NCBI GenBank assembly: GCA_964200185.2
Contig: CAXNAD020000007.1
Coordinates: forward strand, 1 to 55,366
Source: Choristocarpus tenellus KU-1152
Taxonomy: Eukaryota > Protista > Phaeophyceae
Length of the DNA: 55,366 bases
Direction of reading: 5' to 3'
Shown: positions 27,043 through 40,700 of the stretch, in pieces
How the letters are laid out: the number at the start of each line of letters is the position of its first letter
How positions within the stretch are numbered: the first letter of the stretch is position 1
Program-made: the position numbers and the translations under genes
Notes under the pieces: generated by a model
What the model saw: only the letters and a program-made list of their open reading frames with translations
What the model was told of the DNA's origin: nothing
Database searches by the model: none

Positions 27043-27470
27043 CTCTCCTCCAGAGTCTGTCAGTGTAGATAAGAGTGTAGTGGTAGTACTCAATGAATAG
27101 TTACCAAAAATGAGTAGAGAAAAAGGATTAAAATTAGAGTTAGGGAATAATATTCCGCGCGAATGTAGCGCGGGTGGACAACAGAATGAGAGGCGGTGAG
27201 GGAAAGGAAAAGTTGGTATCAGGTAAAGTGGAAGGTTTGCATAGGAGGAGACATATTGTCCAAATTTATAATCTCTCTCTGACGCGATCGTCCCTGAGCG
27301 CAGAAAGTCAAGTGCTAGGTTCTTGGATTGATTTCGTGCATTACTACCTTCAACTAGAAAGTTAGTAAGTAATCAAAAGTTATCATTAAAGGAGGCTTCC
27401 AACCCCGCGCAATTGTGTTGACGGGGATACTTGGGAAATCTTTGTGCGGTGAAGGGAAATAAGGAGAATT
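27043..27470. promoter_or_regulatory. Putative bidirectional promoter / 5' UTRs between divergent genes
   Basis: 428 bp between the opposed ATGs; several CGCG-type motifs cluster here, unlike the CpG-poor introns. Confidence 0.55.
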
Positions 27471-27601
27471 ATGGCCTATAATGCTGGAGCAATGCTTAAG
27501 AGATCTTTAGAGGATACCCCATATTCCGGCGGGTATACGGATTCATCGATGGACATGAAAAGGGCCAGACCGGATGGCATGACTTCTGGGATATATGGTG
27601 G
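27471..27601 (+). CDS. Exon 1 of the CCCH-Pin1 gene, with basic NLS-like motifs
   Basis: [43 protein letters not shown]; the GG|gtgtgc donor gives phase 2, matching exon 2. Confidence 0.78.
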
Positions 27602-30600
27602 GTGTGCTGTACCCATACCTACCACCGTCACTCGATGCTTACATCATCTCCTTTTGGAAACGTGAATGTTTTGAGATTCTAGGGCACTCTGATAATTTTA
27701 CTCTCTGCTTTGTAGTTGTTCTTTCGTCTTGGAGTTTCTTTCTCGCACCATCGGAGTTTAAAATATCTGGTATCTATTTCGTCATAGTGAACTGACTAGT
27801 GCTACTCAGTGTTGCGCGATATTTGCGATGCACTTTTGATCCAGGTTTGTTTATGGGTATGTTTTATTCAAGATTCATTTGAGGGTGAAGGAGGAAGGAA
27901 AATCAATTTTTGTTTTGAGAGTCCCGAAGCAATCCATAGTAGTCTTCTTTCATAACAATTTATGATGGCATATTCACTGCCTGAGGTATTTTCCCATCTT
28001 CCCCCCCCCTCGCACCTCTCCCTACACTTCCCTCTTTAGATGCGGCATAGAGAGGTTTGTTAGTTATCCTTGATTGCAGTTCGAGAGAAACAGTGCCAAG
28101 ATGGTAGGCCTGTACATGCCTTGCTTACTTCCTCCCCTAAATGCTTTCCTGCCGGTTGACACCGCTTCAATACTGTGAGTCCGTTTTTTTTACCCATTGG
28201 ACCCCATCTCCCTCTTACTCGTCATCGACCAAATGTTTGGTGTCGATTTACTGACTAAACAGGTTCCTCTGGAGCCACAGGCTCATCTGCCCCCATTGGA
28301 GTCACCCAGCCTTACCCTCGCCGCCCAGGAGCGGATGCGTGCAGCTTTTACTGGCAGACCGGAACATGCAAATTTGGCCTGAGTTGCCGGTGAGATTTGG
28401 AAGGAGAGAGATGGTGGAAAGGTTACCCCAACTTACCTGCCACAACTGAAACATATTTTATCCCTACAAATTTGTACCACAAGCATTGTCAAACCTCATC
28501 GCGGTATGAACAACTGCACAAAGTATCTTCAGATTCCCAGGTTGATAAGACTATCAGATGTTGGGTTCATTTGAAGGTCGGAGAGCAGATGTTCTATATA
28601 CAACTCAGAAACCTACCTGGGTTCATTAGGGGGTCCACAGTGAAAGGGGGATGGCATAATTACAGGGATATGGGATGTGATAGGGACTCATTACTACTAG
28701 AACTGGAAAGACAGTCTCTTGTGCTAGATACATTGAATATCTGCACTATCACTAGGCTGATCGCTTGAACACCTGTCCATGTGCAAGGTGGTTACCTGAA
28801 CTGCTTCTCCTCAATGGTCATCATATCTAATTTGTGCAACATATCCTCTTGATGACATTTTGTACATTTTCAATCTCCCAAGTCAATTCATTTTTTTCTT
28901 TTGAAACAGGGGTATCCCTAGATTCAACCTCATGAACACAATGTTTTAACGGCTCAGAAATATGTCTATACCGCATGCTATTTAAATATGAACAAAATGC
29001 CACAGCAAAAAAGTTGTAGCATGAGGCTGACGTCATGCAGAGATAGGCCTTTGACCTCATTTATTTCCATGTTCTATATCAGAGGTTCTTGAGATGTCAA
29101 TGTGTTTGTAGGCTTTTATACCAGGTTGGTGTTTCATCTCAGCATCAATGATGTGATGGATGGGTTAACATATGGATTTCCCACCATTTTGAGAGGATTT
29201 TTCTGTTAGGGAATTGTCAAATATTACCTTCTGTTACATAGTTTGCAGGGAGGCATGAATATATTCTCACTTGATGTGATCTAATTATCCATCTGATCAT
29301 TTGTGTTTACAATGAGCCTCTACAAGGTATGTGTCAACTATGCACAGGTGATTAGGTGTTACTGTGTTTATTTGTGGATTTCTCCTGTTACTGAGGTCTG
29401 AGGTGTTTCACCGTTTCTTGCTTCCTTGGCAAGTGCGTGCCTTCTGCTCTCTCAGATGTAGTTGACTGTTTTTTAATTTTCCTCTTTCCACTTGCTCTTT
29501 TCTTGCCCCCTTCGAGAAGTCTTGCGCACTCCCACTCTCCTCTATTCTGTGCCCACTCTAATTCCCCCTCTCTCGTTCCCTTTTTTCATGTCCTGCCCAT
29601 AAAACCCTTCCTAACCCTCTTGTCCACCCCTTGTAGGTATGATCACCCACCTGGAGCTGGAAGTGTTGCTACTTCTTCTGCCATGACTCAGCACTCAGGA
29701 GCTGTTCAGGGGACAGGAGCAAGCATATCGTCAACAGGTCAACAACCTGCCTATGCTACTGGGACCAGTGCAACAGCTGCAAACTCAGGTATTGGACAGA
29801 AGGCTGATAAAAGTGCACCTATTTCTGAGGTCCATCATGCCATGTGTAGGGTTATTGAGTAGCAGTTCTGTGTTCCAAGATTGCACTGACGTCCTTTTTT
29901 TATTGTTAGACCTTGTTTTTTAGATTTTTTGGTGGGATAGTAGACTACCAGGATATGTTCAAAGGGGGGGTGCGATGTTTAGTCTTATATATTTGGTCAT
30001 TTCACTGCTTCAAGTTACCAGAGATTGTGCTTTTGATGGGTGTAGACATGTTATGCTCCATATTTCTATTACGACTGCTCAGTCTGGTTGACTCTTTTTG
30101 ATAGTGTTTTGTTACGCGTAGATAGGTGAACAAAAAATGTCCTGTTAGGTATGTTTGATTGGTTACAACCTTCCTTGGTAGGAATTTTGTGCCATTATTG
30201 CTTTATGTAAATGTACATTTTGATTATTGTTATGATTTCTCGCCCATGAAAGAGGAGCAAATTCTTTTCATGGATGCTTGTACTTATTCATCATAAATAT
30301 GCTGAGCTCTCACAACAGAACTGGCACTTGCCTGATTGATGGTTGAATTATATTTTTGCAATTTCACTGGCGAATTTTGGGTGGTAATTCAAGAGATCAT
30401 ACAAACTCAGAGTTAGGTTAGGGTTAGGGTCCTATCATTTGAGAGAGACTGCCAAGCTTATTTAAAAGTCTACAACAAGGGTGTGTAGCAGACACAACTT
30501 TTAAATGTCAGGTGTAAGGAGTTCAATATATGCATGAAATTTATTCACCAAAATGCGCTTTGATTCCCCATTCTTGTTGATTACAAGTTAAAACGAGACA

Positions 30601-33600
30601 AAGACTGAGATGTAATCTCTGCTTTTGCTTGTAACTTTTGTAGCTTGGACTGCAGGAAAGCTCATGATTATCCAAAATCTGGTTTCTTAACTCCTGAAGG
30701 GTAGGGAGGATTTTGCCATGACTTACCTTGTGTCCAACAAAACTGCCCAATCTGAAAAAAAATGTTTTCTTTCATTATCAAAAGCATGCTCTATCTCACA
30801 TGTGGGATGTTTCGTGGTCTTTTGCCCTCACGTCCAAGGTTGCACACCTTGTGTGTATGTAGTTCGCTGAATCCAAGTAACATTTGTTTCCTGATATATG
30901 AAAAAATGTGGTTGGTGCCAAGACAACGTTTGGAAGTTTGTCTAACCAATAAATTAAAGTATTTTTTTGGGGGGGGAGGGTCTTCACCAGGGTATCCATT
31001 CGGTCCAAAATCAGGAATTGCACATTTTCATCATCCATCGGACGTATGCAACCAAATCACACAAAAATCACGACATAAAGAGATTGACCCCAAATGGACA
31101 GCAGCTGCCCCCCCCCCCCCCCCCCCCCCCCCCACCCCACTCNNNNNNNNNNAGCAAACAAAACACAACAAAAACACCACCCAAAAAGTTTGACCCCCAA
31201 AGGGCGCCCGCGCCCCCCCCCCCCCCCCAGACACTCTGAGCCAATTCCAGGACCCGCAATTTGATATATATGCCTGTTTCAGAACTGGATTAATACTTCC
31301 CCTTGTTTCCCCACGCCACAACCCTTTTTATCAGGTTCGTATGGTCAGCAGCAGCAGTACAGTCAGTCTGCTGTGGGGGCATCCTACGGAACTGCTGCTG
31401 TTCCCCCTGGCACTGACTATGGCACAACTGGCTCTACCTATCCCACAACTGGCTCTACCTATCCCACAACTGGCTCTACCTATCCCACAACTGGCTCTAC
31501 CTATCCCACAACTGGCTCTACCTATCCCACAACTGGCTCTGCCTATCCCACAACTGGTTCCACTGCATCCACAGGGGGGACTGGGGTATACAGTGCGCAT
31601 GCCCAAAGTGGATACTCCAACCCTGCTGAGAGCAGCTACAGTACACAGGCAACTGATGGAAGCTATGCTGCCCAACCATCTGTCGGCACTGGTATCTATA
31701 ATGGCCAGGGTCAGCATGTGTCTTCTACAGGGACAACAGGAGAAGCTGGAGCTGCTGGAAGTAGCTACACTATTTCCCAGCAGGCAGCTGGAAGTGGCAC
31801 ATATTCTGTTCCAAGCTACCCTACTAGCAGTTACTCATCACAGACAACTGGACCAGCCCCAGGGACTTCCAGCTATCCCGCATCTTCAACTCAAGTTGGT
31901 GGTACTCCTACTGGAGTTGGGGCAACACCCCAACAGGTGGGAGCTAGTAGTTATACTGCAGCTTCGGCACCACAGCAGGCAGGGGCAGCAGATGCTTCAA
32001 CTGCTGGTGCCAGCGTCAGAGCATATGGGGTTGCCACCTCAACCAGTGGCTACCCTATGCAGGCTACAGGTTCAGTCAGTGCTGTAGGTTACCCTGGCTC
32101 AGGTACAGCGCCGTCCAGCACTTATCCTGGGGCTGGGGTGGCGGCTCTGTCTTCTGATGGGACATCAGGAAGTAGAGGGTTCCATCAGCAGCATGGGGTC
32201 TCCACTGGCTATGATGGTAGTGTGTCAGGTACCAATGGCTTAAATAGGGGAGCTGCAGCGCAAGATAGTGCTCGCAATGGTTCTGCGGCAGCAGTGGGTT
32301 CCACTGCATCTGCTTCTGGTCTTCCTCAAGGACAGTTGTCGCAGCAGGGATCGATGCAGCCTGGGTATGGTGTTGTACAGCAGGGTTATGCAGGCTATAT
32401 TAGTGGTTCAGGTGGACAGCAAGCACAACAGGTGGGTTTTGTGGAATGTTGAAAGGGGAGGGATAGAAGAAGTTCCCCTCTCACAGAGTGTGATGTATCC
32501 TTTTGTCAGAGTCAAGATCATCAATCATACTGTCATCCACATCATGATGTGTTAGGCAGGTATCGCAACACCTATTTTTTTGTGTTTTACAGTGAAGGGA
32601 AGTTTTCCAAGTTCATTCAGTCTTCACCTTATTCGATTTATGAAACAGTGAGGGTTTTTTTCATCTTGGATAGGGGGTCAATGTATCTCCTGTATTTTCA
32701 ATTCTGCTTGCTATTTTTTGCAAGGACTGTAATACTTGTTTCACTGAGCATTTGTGGTGCCCCTTAACAAAATAATATAAACAGTGCGAACATAGAAGTA
32801 CTAGAATTCAATAAATAGTAAATTACAATGAGGTTTGGGAATTCTTAGGAGTACTTGAAAAAATTTTATGACCCTTGTTGAACCTACTTGTTAACACACG
32901 CTTTATGGAATTGTCAGGCATCAACTTACACGAATGGCTACGGTCCACAGGCTCAGACAAGCACTGGAGGTCAAGGTATGCAGTAGATAGAAGTAAAACA
33001 ATTTTTTGGGTGGGTGTAAGCACTATTTTGAATGCATTTTAGAAGGAAAATCACACAACTATACAGAAAGCATCTTACTGCACCAGTGTCAAGCACTATA
33101 ACTTGGAAGAGTTTAGTCGTTTGTATTCTCTGTTTCCAGAATTGAGAATACTATTCAAGAGCCATTACTAAAATTTAAACATAACCTTAGTAAATCTTGC
33201 ATTGAAGTATGTCATCTGACAAAGTAATATTAGACATCTTATTCTGTGGTTGGTAAGCTGTGTGAAAACACAGTTGTGGGAGGGTTTTGTACATCTTATC
33301 GACTTGAATTGATACATCACTACTCTATGCAAAATATATTGTGACTGATTATTTAAAGCTAGGACAAAATGAAAATATTGATCTTACTTTAAAGGCTTGG
33401 TCAAATAGTGATGCCAAATATGAGAAAAGGGAATTTTATCCAACCTTTAGAGTGGCGTTGACTCTCCATCAACAGGGTATCCTCTTAGTATGCTCTTTGC
33501 TTGGTAACAACCACAGTCCAAAAATGTAATACGTGACTTTGACTGTCACAGCCTCCATAGTTGGTATTGTTAAAATCTGCCCTCAGCAGTCACCCTCACC

Positions 33601-34650
33601 TCCATCCCACTCTTCCCTTATTGTTTACATCCTCTTGCCCTGTTTGTTGCATACGTCTTGGTATTAAAGCTTCCCAGTCATCCACTTCAGACCTTGCAGG
33701 TGCTGCAGCTGCATATGCTGCTCAGCAACGCGGCCAGCAGCCCCCATCCAATGTCACATCGTCTACTATGCAGGTAAATGTGGTTTGCTTGATTCTCCCA
33801 ATCTGAGTAAGTTGTAATTGTATATGGCATTTGGATGATTGTTGTAGTTTACTTCAAAGGGTCAAAAGTTTCAACTTTGCAGGACTGGTACCATAATTAC
33901 TTGACAAAATCTCCAGTTCCCTAAGTCCTCGTCTCAAGTTATCAGAGAGAAATATGTAGGATTACGTCAAACTGTACAATTACACTAATTTCCCACATAC
34001 AACCAAGTCACAACCAGTAGCAATAAATTGATCTTTTTTGGCAATGAGTGATGAGGAGATGTACTCTGAGGAAGCATAGAATTAATATTCTTATTTTTCA
34101 ATGCTTGCACCCATTTTTTCACTGCATTATATTTTTTGCAATGGCAATGGGACTGACAAGTAAAGAATCTATCCTATTTGGTTTAGCTGGCGAATCACTG
34201 AACTCCTAATTCTTAGTTTTTCCCCTCAAAGTAATTGTTTTGCAGATTGCATTGTTCTTTGTAGGGTACTGAACCTGAAATTTTGTCCAATAAATCTACT
34301 ATATCAATTTTCTTCTGTTAAGGTAATGGTGCTTCAAGTCATGTGCATATAAACTGTTATTGTATGCAGATTATTTTACTGTACATGGCGAGTGTTGTTT
34401 TAGTGATTTGACTCATGGCCAAGAGTGAAAGCCTACCATTATACTAGTAGTATTTGTTCAAAAAGCATAGTCCTTGGTGAAAAGAGGTAGGAGTTTGAGG
34501 CAACAAGAATACAGAGGCACGAGTCAGCAATGTCGGTGTGAGTGCTGGTCTTTACCCTATGGAATGAATAGCTAGTAGAATTTTGAACTAGGGTGATGGT
34601 TCTGTAGGTGTAAATAGAAAGTTATCTTTATGATAGGCAAAAAAACAGAC

Positions 34651-34701
<51 letters not shown>

Positions 34702-37700
34702 TAGGACATGACATGTTTAGTGGTTTTGAGTGCATTTCTGCTTCAACACATGTCTCTTTAGCTTTTTATTCAAAGGATGTCTGCTCATCAATATGCCTTC
34801 TCATATATACCTCAATTTCTTAATAGATACCGGGCTCTAGCAATGGAGCTGCAGACCAATACAGCTCAACAACAGGCCAACCTTCGTCCTCCCACCAATC
34901 AGACCCCCAAGGTGCCCCTCAAGGGCAGGCAAGCGGACAGGTAATTTGTGGGACAGAAGAGGATGAGATTAAATATTTATATTGTCTGCTTCTGGAAAAT
35001 GGGTTCATAAACACTCTTAATTGAGGGTAGCCAGATGCTACCTCTTTTTTTAATTTATGGAAAATATTGGAAAATGTGTTCACATTCATTTTTACATGTA
35101 TTTCCCAACACCAACTGCAATCACCACCTACTCCATATATCACTTCAATTTAGTTGCTATACCTCTCTTACCACTTTGTCCTCTTTGCCATGTTGAAAAT
35201 TTACCATTTCAGTCCACAGTTCTGCTCTCTGCCATCAACACCGCAATCAGAAATATTTCCCCCTTTCCAGTGTTCTTTCAAGATGCTCTATTTATGGGTT
35301 ATGTTTAAACCACTGTATATTGTTCTCAGCTAGAAGTCTGGTGTCCTCCGGTTTGTTCTTTTGATCCTTGAATTCAATCACAAGACAGAAAATTCTAGTT
35401 ATTTTCTCTTCAGTGTTGCACCACTTCTACCCCCCGATTGTTTTTTTTGTTCCTTCCACACTACCTTAAATGACTTGTTTGAAATTCTTGCCTTGGTTAT
35501 AATTTCTCCTTGCATATTAATGCCTCAAGAGTGTTTATGCTTCATACTTTAGTTCCTATTTTCTGTGTTCTTTTTTTGCGAATCTTATGTTCAACTCTGG
35601 ACAGTGAGAATTATGAAAAGGCTTACTTGGGCAAATTTTCTAGTCAATGGTATGGTACAACAACATATCCCCACTTCAATCTGAAAAACCTGTTTTTGGT
35701 TCATGCAGTACGCTGGCAGTTATGGATCACAATCTCAACACCAACCGAGTCCCTTTGGAGCACCCCCCTCCTCTCAGCAGAGCAGTGGCGCGGTGAGTAT
35801 AAAAAATATATATATTTTTGACTTTTATTATAATGTACTAGTCTGTGTTCTGTTGAAAGTTCTTGGTTTGTGTTTCTGCTTTTTATGAGTTTTGAAGAAG
35901 AGCTTCACCTATGTCTTCAAGAAATGTGCAGAGTTGAAGCGGATCAAAATTTTCTCATAAATCATCTTAGTGCACATCATGGCTTTAAGGTCCTCCAGTT
36001 TTGTGTAGAATAATAAGCACACTATGAGTAACCAGTATTCTACTTGTGTCGTGTATTATTTGTCAATTGAGGCATAGTGATGACCCCTGTCGAAAGTTAG
36101 GATTGCCCCGTGTGAAGAGCAAGAAATTCAGGTTTAGAAGCAATGTTGTCAGTTGAGTGCTTATAGAACCCTTGACTAACTCATTACACACATTACCTTG
36201 TCTGCCGACATTTCCCTGATGTTTAAGTAGTATTCTCATAATGGTACTGACTGGACAACATCAGACATTGAAAAAAGGAAAAAAAACAAAACACTTCCTT
36301 GTACATGCGGAGACATTGGCGATGGGCTAAGCCCTCCATCATATCCTTGTCAGTCTTTTGTGCCAAATTTGTGCAAGGAGAACCCTAACGTATGTTGTCT
36401 ACTGTGTAATGTTTGAGGAAAACCATTTCTATGTTTTGATTCGCATGATCAATAAAGAAACTCCAATAGAACATTGTTTCATAACTGTTCGATTCCTTGG
36501 TAGCTTCGTCTAAGAGTTTTTTACCTTCAAGGAAGGTTCTGGGCTGGAGGTTGCTAGGTTTTCAGGGTATAAGGGGTAGATTTTCTATCAAAACCTCAGA
36601 CTGGGCTGGTCACCATTGTAATGCTAAATTACGATGAATCTGAAGAGAACCATTAATCTGAGATCTGGGGGGTAGGACGCATTTTTATTGGTGTTTTTTG
36701 AGAGAGATACCTGACCAGGTTAAGTACAGTACGACAAAGGGCTGATCACCCAATAAATTATATGTTTTGCTCAAAATTACGATCTTATTCTTTTTCTTAT
36801 ACCCATACTCCTTAGCAACCTTCTACTGAGAATCTTCCTTGAAACAAAAAATTCTAAGATGAAAGGTACAAAGAAATCAAAAGGTGACAACTAAAAAGTG
36901 TAGATAATTATGAAAAAAACTCCTGATTTTTAGCCAAAAACAGTCCACCTCTTTCGGACCACATGTCTGAAACTTGAATCTCCTATCTGAATGCTATTCC
37001 ACAAATCCAAAAACTTGCAACATAAAATATAGCAACTCACACAGTCCTGTTTCTCTCACACACAATATGCAATAGGGTGGGCAAGATGAAATGGGTTTTT
37101 TATTGTTGAAATTGTAACTCCTACGTTCTTAATTGTGTCACAAATGTTTTAACATGGAGAGTAGGTGACCAGTCAATACAATTCATCTCAGACACAGTGG
37201 GGGCCCCGGCATGGAGGACAGGGTCAGGCTCAATCAGCATCTCCACATGGTGGATACGATCAGTACAATACCAACTCTTCGTACCCTGGAGGTGTGAGTC
37301 TGCCCTGTGCGTTTCTGTTGCAAGATATATTTTGACTTTGTCTCTAGAGCTACAACCGAGATTTGAAGTTTTACTTGCCTTGGAATGTGCTTTCTAAATG
37401 CATTTTTAAAATCTGCCAATGCTATGAATGGAATTTTGTAAAGGTTGAGGGTCTAGATTTTTGACAAGCTGTCCCTGCTGCGGCTAAATTATTGGTAGTA
37501 GCTAACTTGGTTTTTGTCTACACTTTTTTTGTAAACTTTTCCAGCTTCTCTCACATAGAGGTAATTTGACTTTTTACTCAGTTTTGTCCTTCCTGGTATT
37601 GTGTGATGGTTGGCATTGTGTAAGTGATTGAGGCATGCTCTTTTTTCACCATCTTCTCACATGAATAATATCATGTCTCAATTAAATCGTGATAGGTCTG

Positions 37701-40700
37701 TGACTTCCCTCTCCATTTTTGCATTACTTGGGTTTTGTTTTTGGCTTCCCACCTTTGAAGCTCTTTTCTCAGCTCCTTCCTCTTCCCCAGCACCTGCATC
37801 TGGGCCTGGTTACGCCTACAACAGCAGAGGTGCTGCTGCAGGAGGTGCAAGCATGGCAAGGTGTGCAAGATCTGTAGGTTTATCTAATGATAATGTTCCT
37901 TTTGTAAGCTACAGATATCAGGGGGTTTTTCATCTGAGTTTTTCCTGTTGCGTCATCAACATCAAAAACTCCTGAGCCTGTTCATGTGTACTCATCAATA
38001 TGTAAAAATTTGTTTTCACATAGGCGTAAGCGTAGAGTTCATGTTAAATGTATATGCCCATGGGTGGATATCAGGCAGTCTTGTCGTGACGCAGTATTTG
38101 AAACTGGATGTTCTTGCTCTCTGTCAGGGCAAAAAACTGAACCAAGGAATCATATATTGGTGGTGCTTGCGTTTGAAGATACCCTCCTGAGTGCCATGTC
38201 AGGACTGATAATGTACTTGACAAAGTTTTCACATCAACGTCCCACCCTTAAATATCTGATATCTGACTCAAATTTCTGTACAATATTGTGGTACAAGCAA
38301 ACATTAGAGAAATCTTATCTTTGCTCTCACAATGCTCTTTGCATTTCACTGGTATGGTGACTTTGAACTATTTTTATTTGCTACATAGAATAAAGGACTC
38401 CAAATAGTATGGTGCATCTCATCAAAGAATATGTTGGGTCATTGAGGTGTAATCTCTACTGGATAAGTCACTAATCCCAGAGCAGGTCACCACTTTAGTA
38501 CCCTGTGCCTCATATTCATGCTCTTATTATCTGTTTTTAACTTTGCACACTTCTAAGTCACTATTTTGTCGACCCATCATGCCACATATTCCAATACAGG
38601 CCGAACCCCACAGGGTGGCGCAATGGAGGTACAAACAGTGATGCCCTTGGCATGGGTAGGTCTGGTAGTGGAGTGAGCAGCAGTGGCTCAAATACCAATA
38701 TTGGCGGTCCATACGGCCCAGGGCCAAGGGGAGACCTAGCTCGGCGTATGGATATGCCCATTGGTGCCCGGGCAACTGGTGGCGGGAGCAATGGGATGGG
38801 TTTGGGTCCTCGTCAAGATACTCCTTACTCCTCTGGAGCTAATGCTGGTATGGTCGGTATGGGGGGAAGTCCATCGAATATGTCGACCTCAGCAAGGAAT
38901 CCTCTTGGGGGTCCAAAAGTTCAACAACCAGGGATGCCGCAGCGTCCTGGCATGCCGGAGTGTGCCTACTTCATGAAGACTGGGGCTTGCCGATTTGCTT
39001 TATCCTGCAAGTAAGTTTTGGATTTAGTTCAAGCTTGTTAGTCTTGGGTGATGAATCAGTTACCATTTTCTAGTATAGCATAGTGGTCTGTAGTGATACT
39101 CATCACTGTCAATAAAAGTGATAGCAATAGTAGATTTTTTGGTGACATAGATCCAGGTTATCCATTCTCTTTTGTTGTTGTATTTGCTGTAAAGATGGAC
39201 ATTTTTTTATGATAGTAATTTTCTTGGTTTAGATAGAAGGCTATTCAAGTTGTGTCCGTTGTCTTGCGATTTAAAACCCTTGTTAATAGGCTCATTTTTT
39301 ATGTATTTCTCATTAAGGGCTCTTCCTAACAAAACTCAACGCAACACAATTTTGTGAAATTGTAGATGAAAAAGACGACCTGGAACAGATTTATTTCCAG
39401 TACTTTTATGTAAGATGCAAATTTTACGCTCTTTGTGGGGCGTTCGTTTAGATGATTTGCCTTGAAAAGGTTGAGATAATTTTACTGCTTGTAGAAATTG
39501 CTCGAGGACATTTTTTATCAAACTTGTCCTTCAGCTTCAAAAGTCATTAATTTGGTAAGAGAAAAATGAGGAAGATGGTGCTAGAAGTCATCATGGAGTA
39601 GGCAGAAATGCTTGTTCAGAAAATTGCTATATTCTTGTGGCAGAATCTTTGATGTGACTATTTTGGTGACAATAGTTTTAAACTGACTGAACAGATTTTT
39701 AGTTACCGTATATGTTTGTGGTGTGCAGAGTAAGGGATACAAATCGTTTAGTGACCATGGAATGATGCAGATATATTCCTACAAAGTGCATAGCAAAATA
39801 GACTTCAGAATGTAACCAGTTGAATCTGATCCATGGATATGTCACTGTAATTCTAGAAATATAAGTGTTATATTTCACTTAAGTGCTGAGCTCATCAGTC
39901 AAAACCTGACACTAATATATATTTTTTCGATGTCCTTGGTATTCCTGATTTGCTACTCGTCAAGGTTCCACCATCCCTATGAACTTCGTCCCAACCCTAC
40001 TCCAGCAGCCCAACGCAGCTCTTCGGTTGTAAGCAGTCAAGAAAGGGCTCCGTGCGACACATATCTGGAGGTGAGAAAGAAGAAAATAGGGTGGTAGGTA
40101 AACTCTACGAGGTAAGTTAAAGATATTAACAATCTCAGGAGATAATACCAAATTATCCCTCTCTTTAAGCATGAGTAACAGTTTTTTCTTCGAATCTTGT
40201 TTGGGCATTTTACACAGGTAACAGTCCTGACTGCAAAATTTGTTGATGGCCTTGGAAAATGAAACAAGGCTGTAAATGATCAGATAATCCCTCTGTGACT
40301 AGGTCTGGTAAAGATTAATTTCATTTTACTGTGCTTGTTTTGGGGTAACGGTTGAAAACTAGACTATTCTATTTGAGGCCTTCCACGAATAGAAGAAATT
40401 GATGTTTTTAATAGGGCAAGACCTGAAATGTTTGTTCTAATAATTGCTCTGACTCGCTCTGGAGCTCAAGGTGCCTAGACTATGTGATCTGATCCCATGC
40501 AACCTTGAAGCCGTGGTTTATGCAGAATATTTTTCTGTCATCGCCCTTCACATACCGATTTTGTTTGGAAAAGGATGTGATATTATTCAGAAATGGTACC
40601 TGAAACGTTTCATTAATGATGTTACTCACAATCATTGCGGTAATCAACAGGACAATTGTTTCACTGTCCAATGCCCAATTTTTGTAGTTACTCACTTGAT

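Noticed and set aside
30762-31321. Poly-Pro/poly-Gly ORFs
   Set aside because: They arise from poly-C tracts around an N gap with duplicated low-quality flanks; intronic and probably an assembly artefact.
31331-32087. 248-aa alternative-frame ORF (QLALPIP repeats) and antisense ORF (CGIGRAS repeats)
   Set aside because: These are shadow frames of the repetitive exon 3; only the YPTTGST frame is phase-compatible with the flanking exons.
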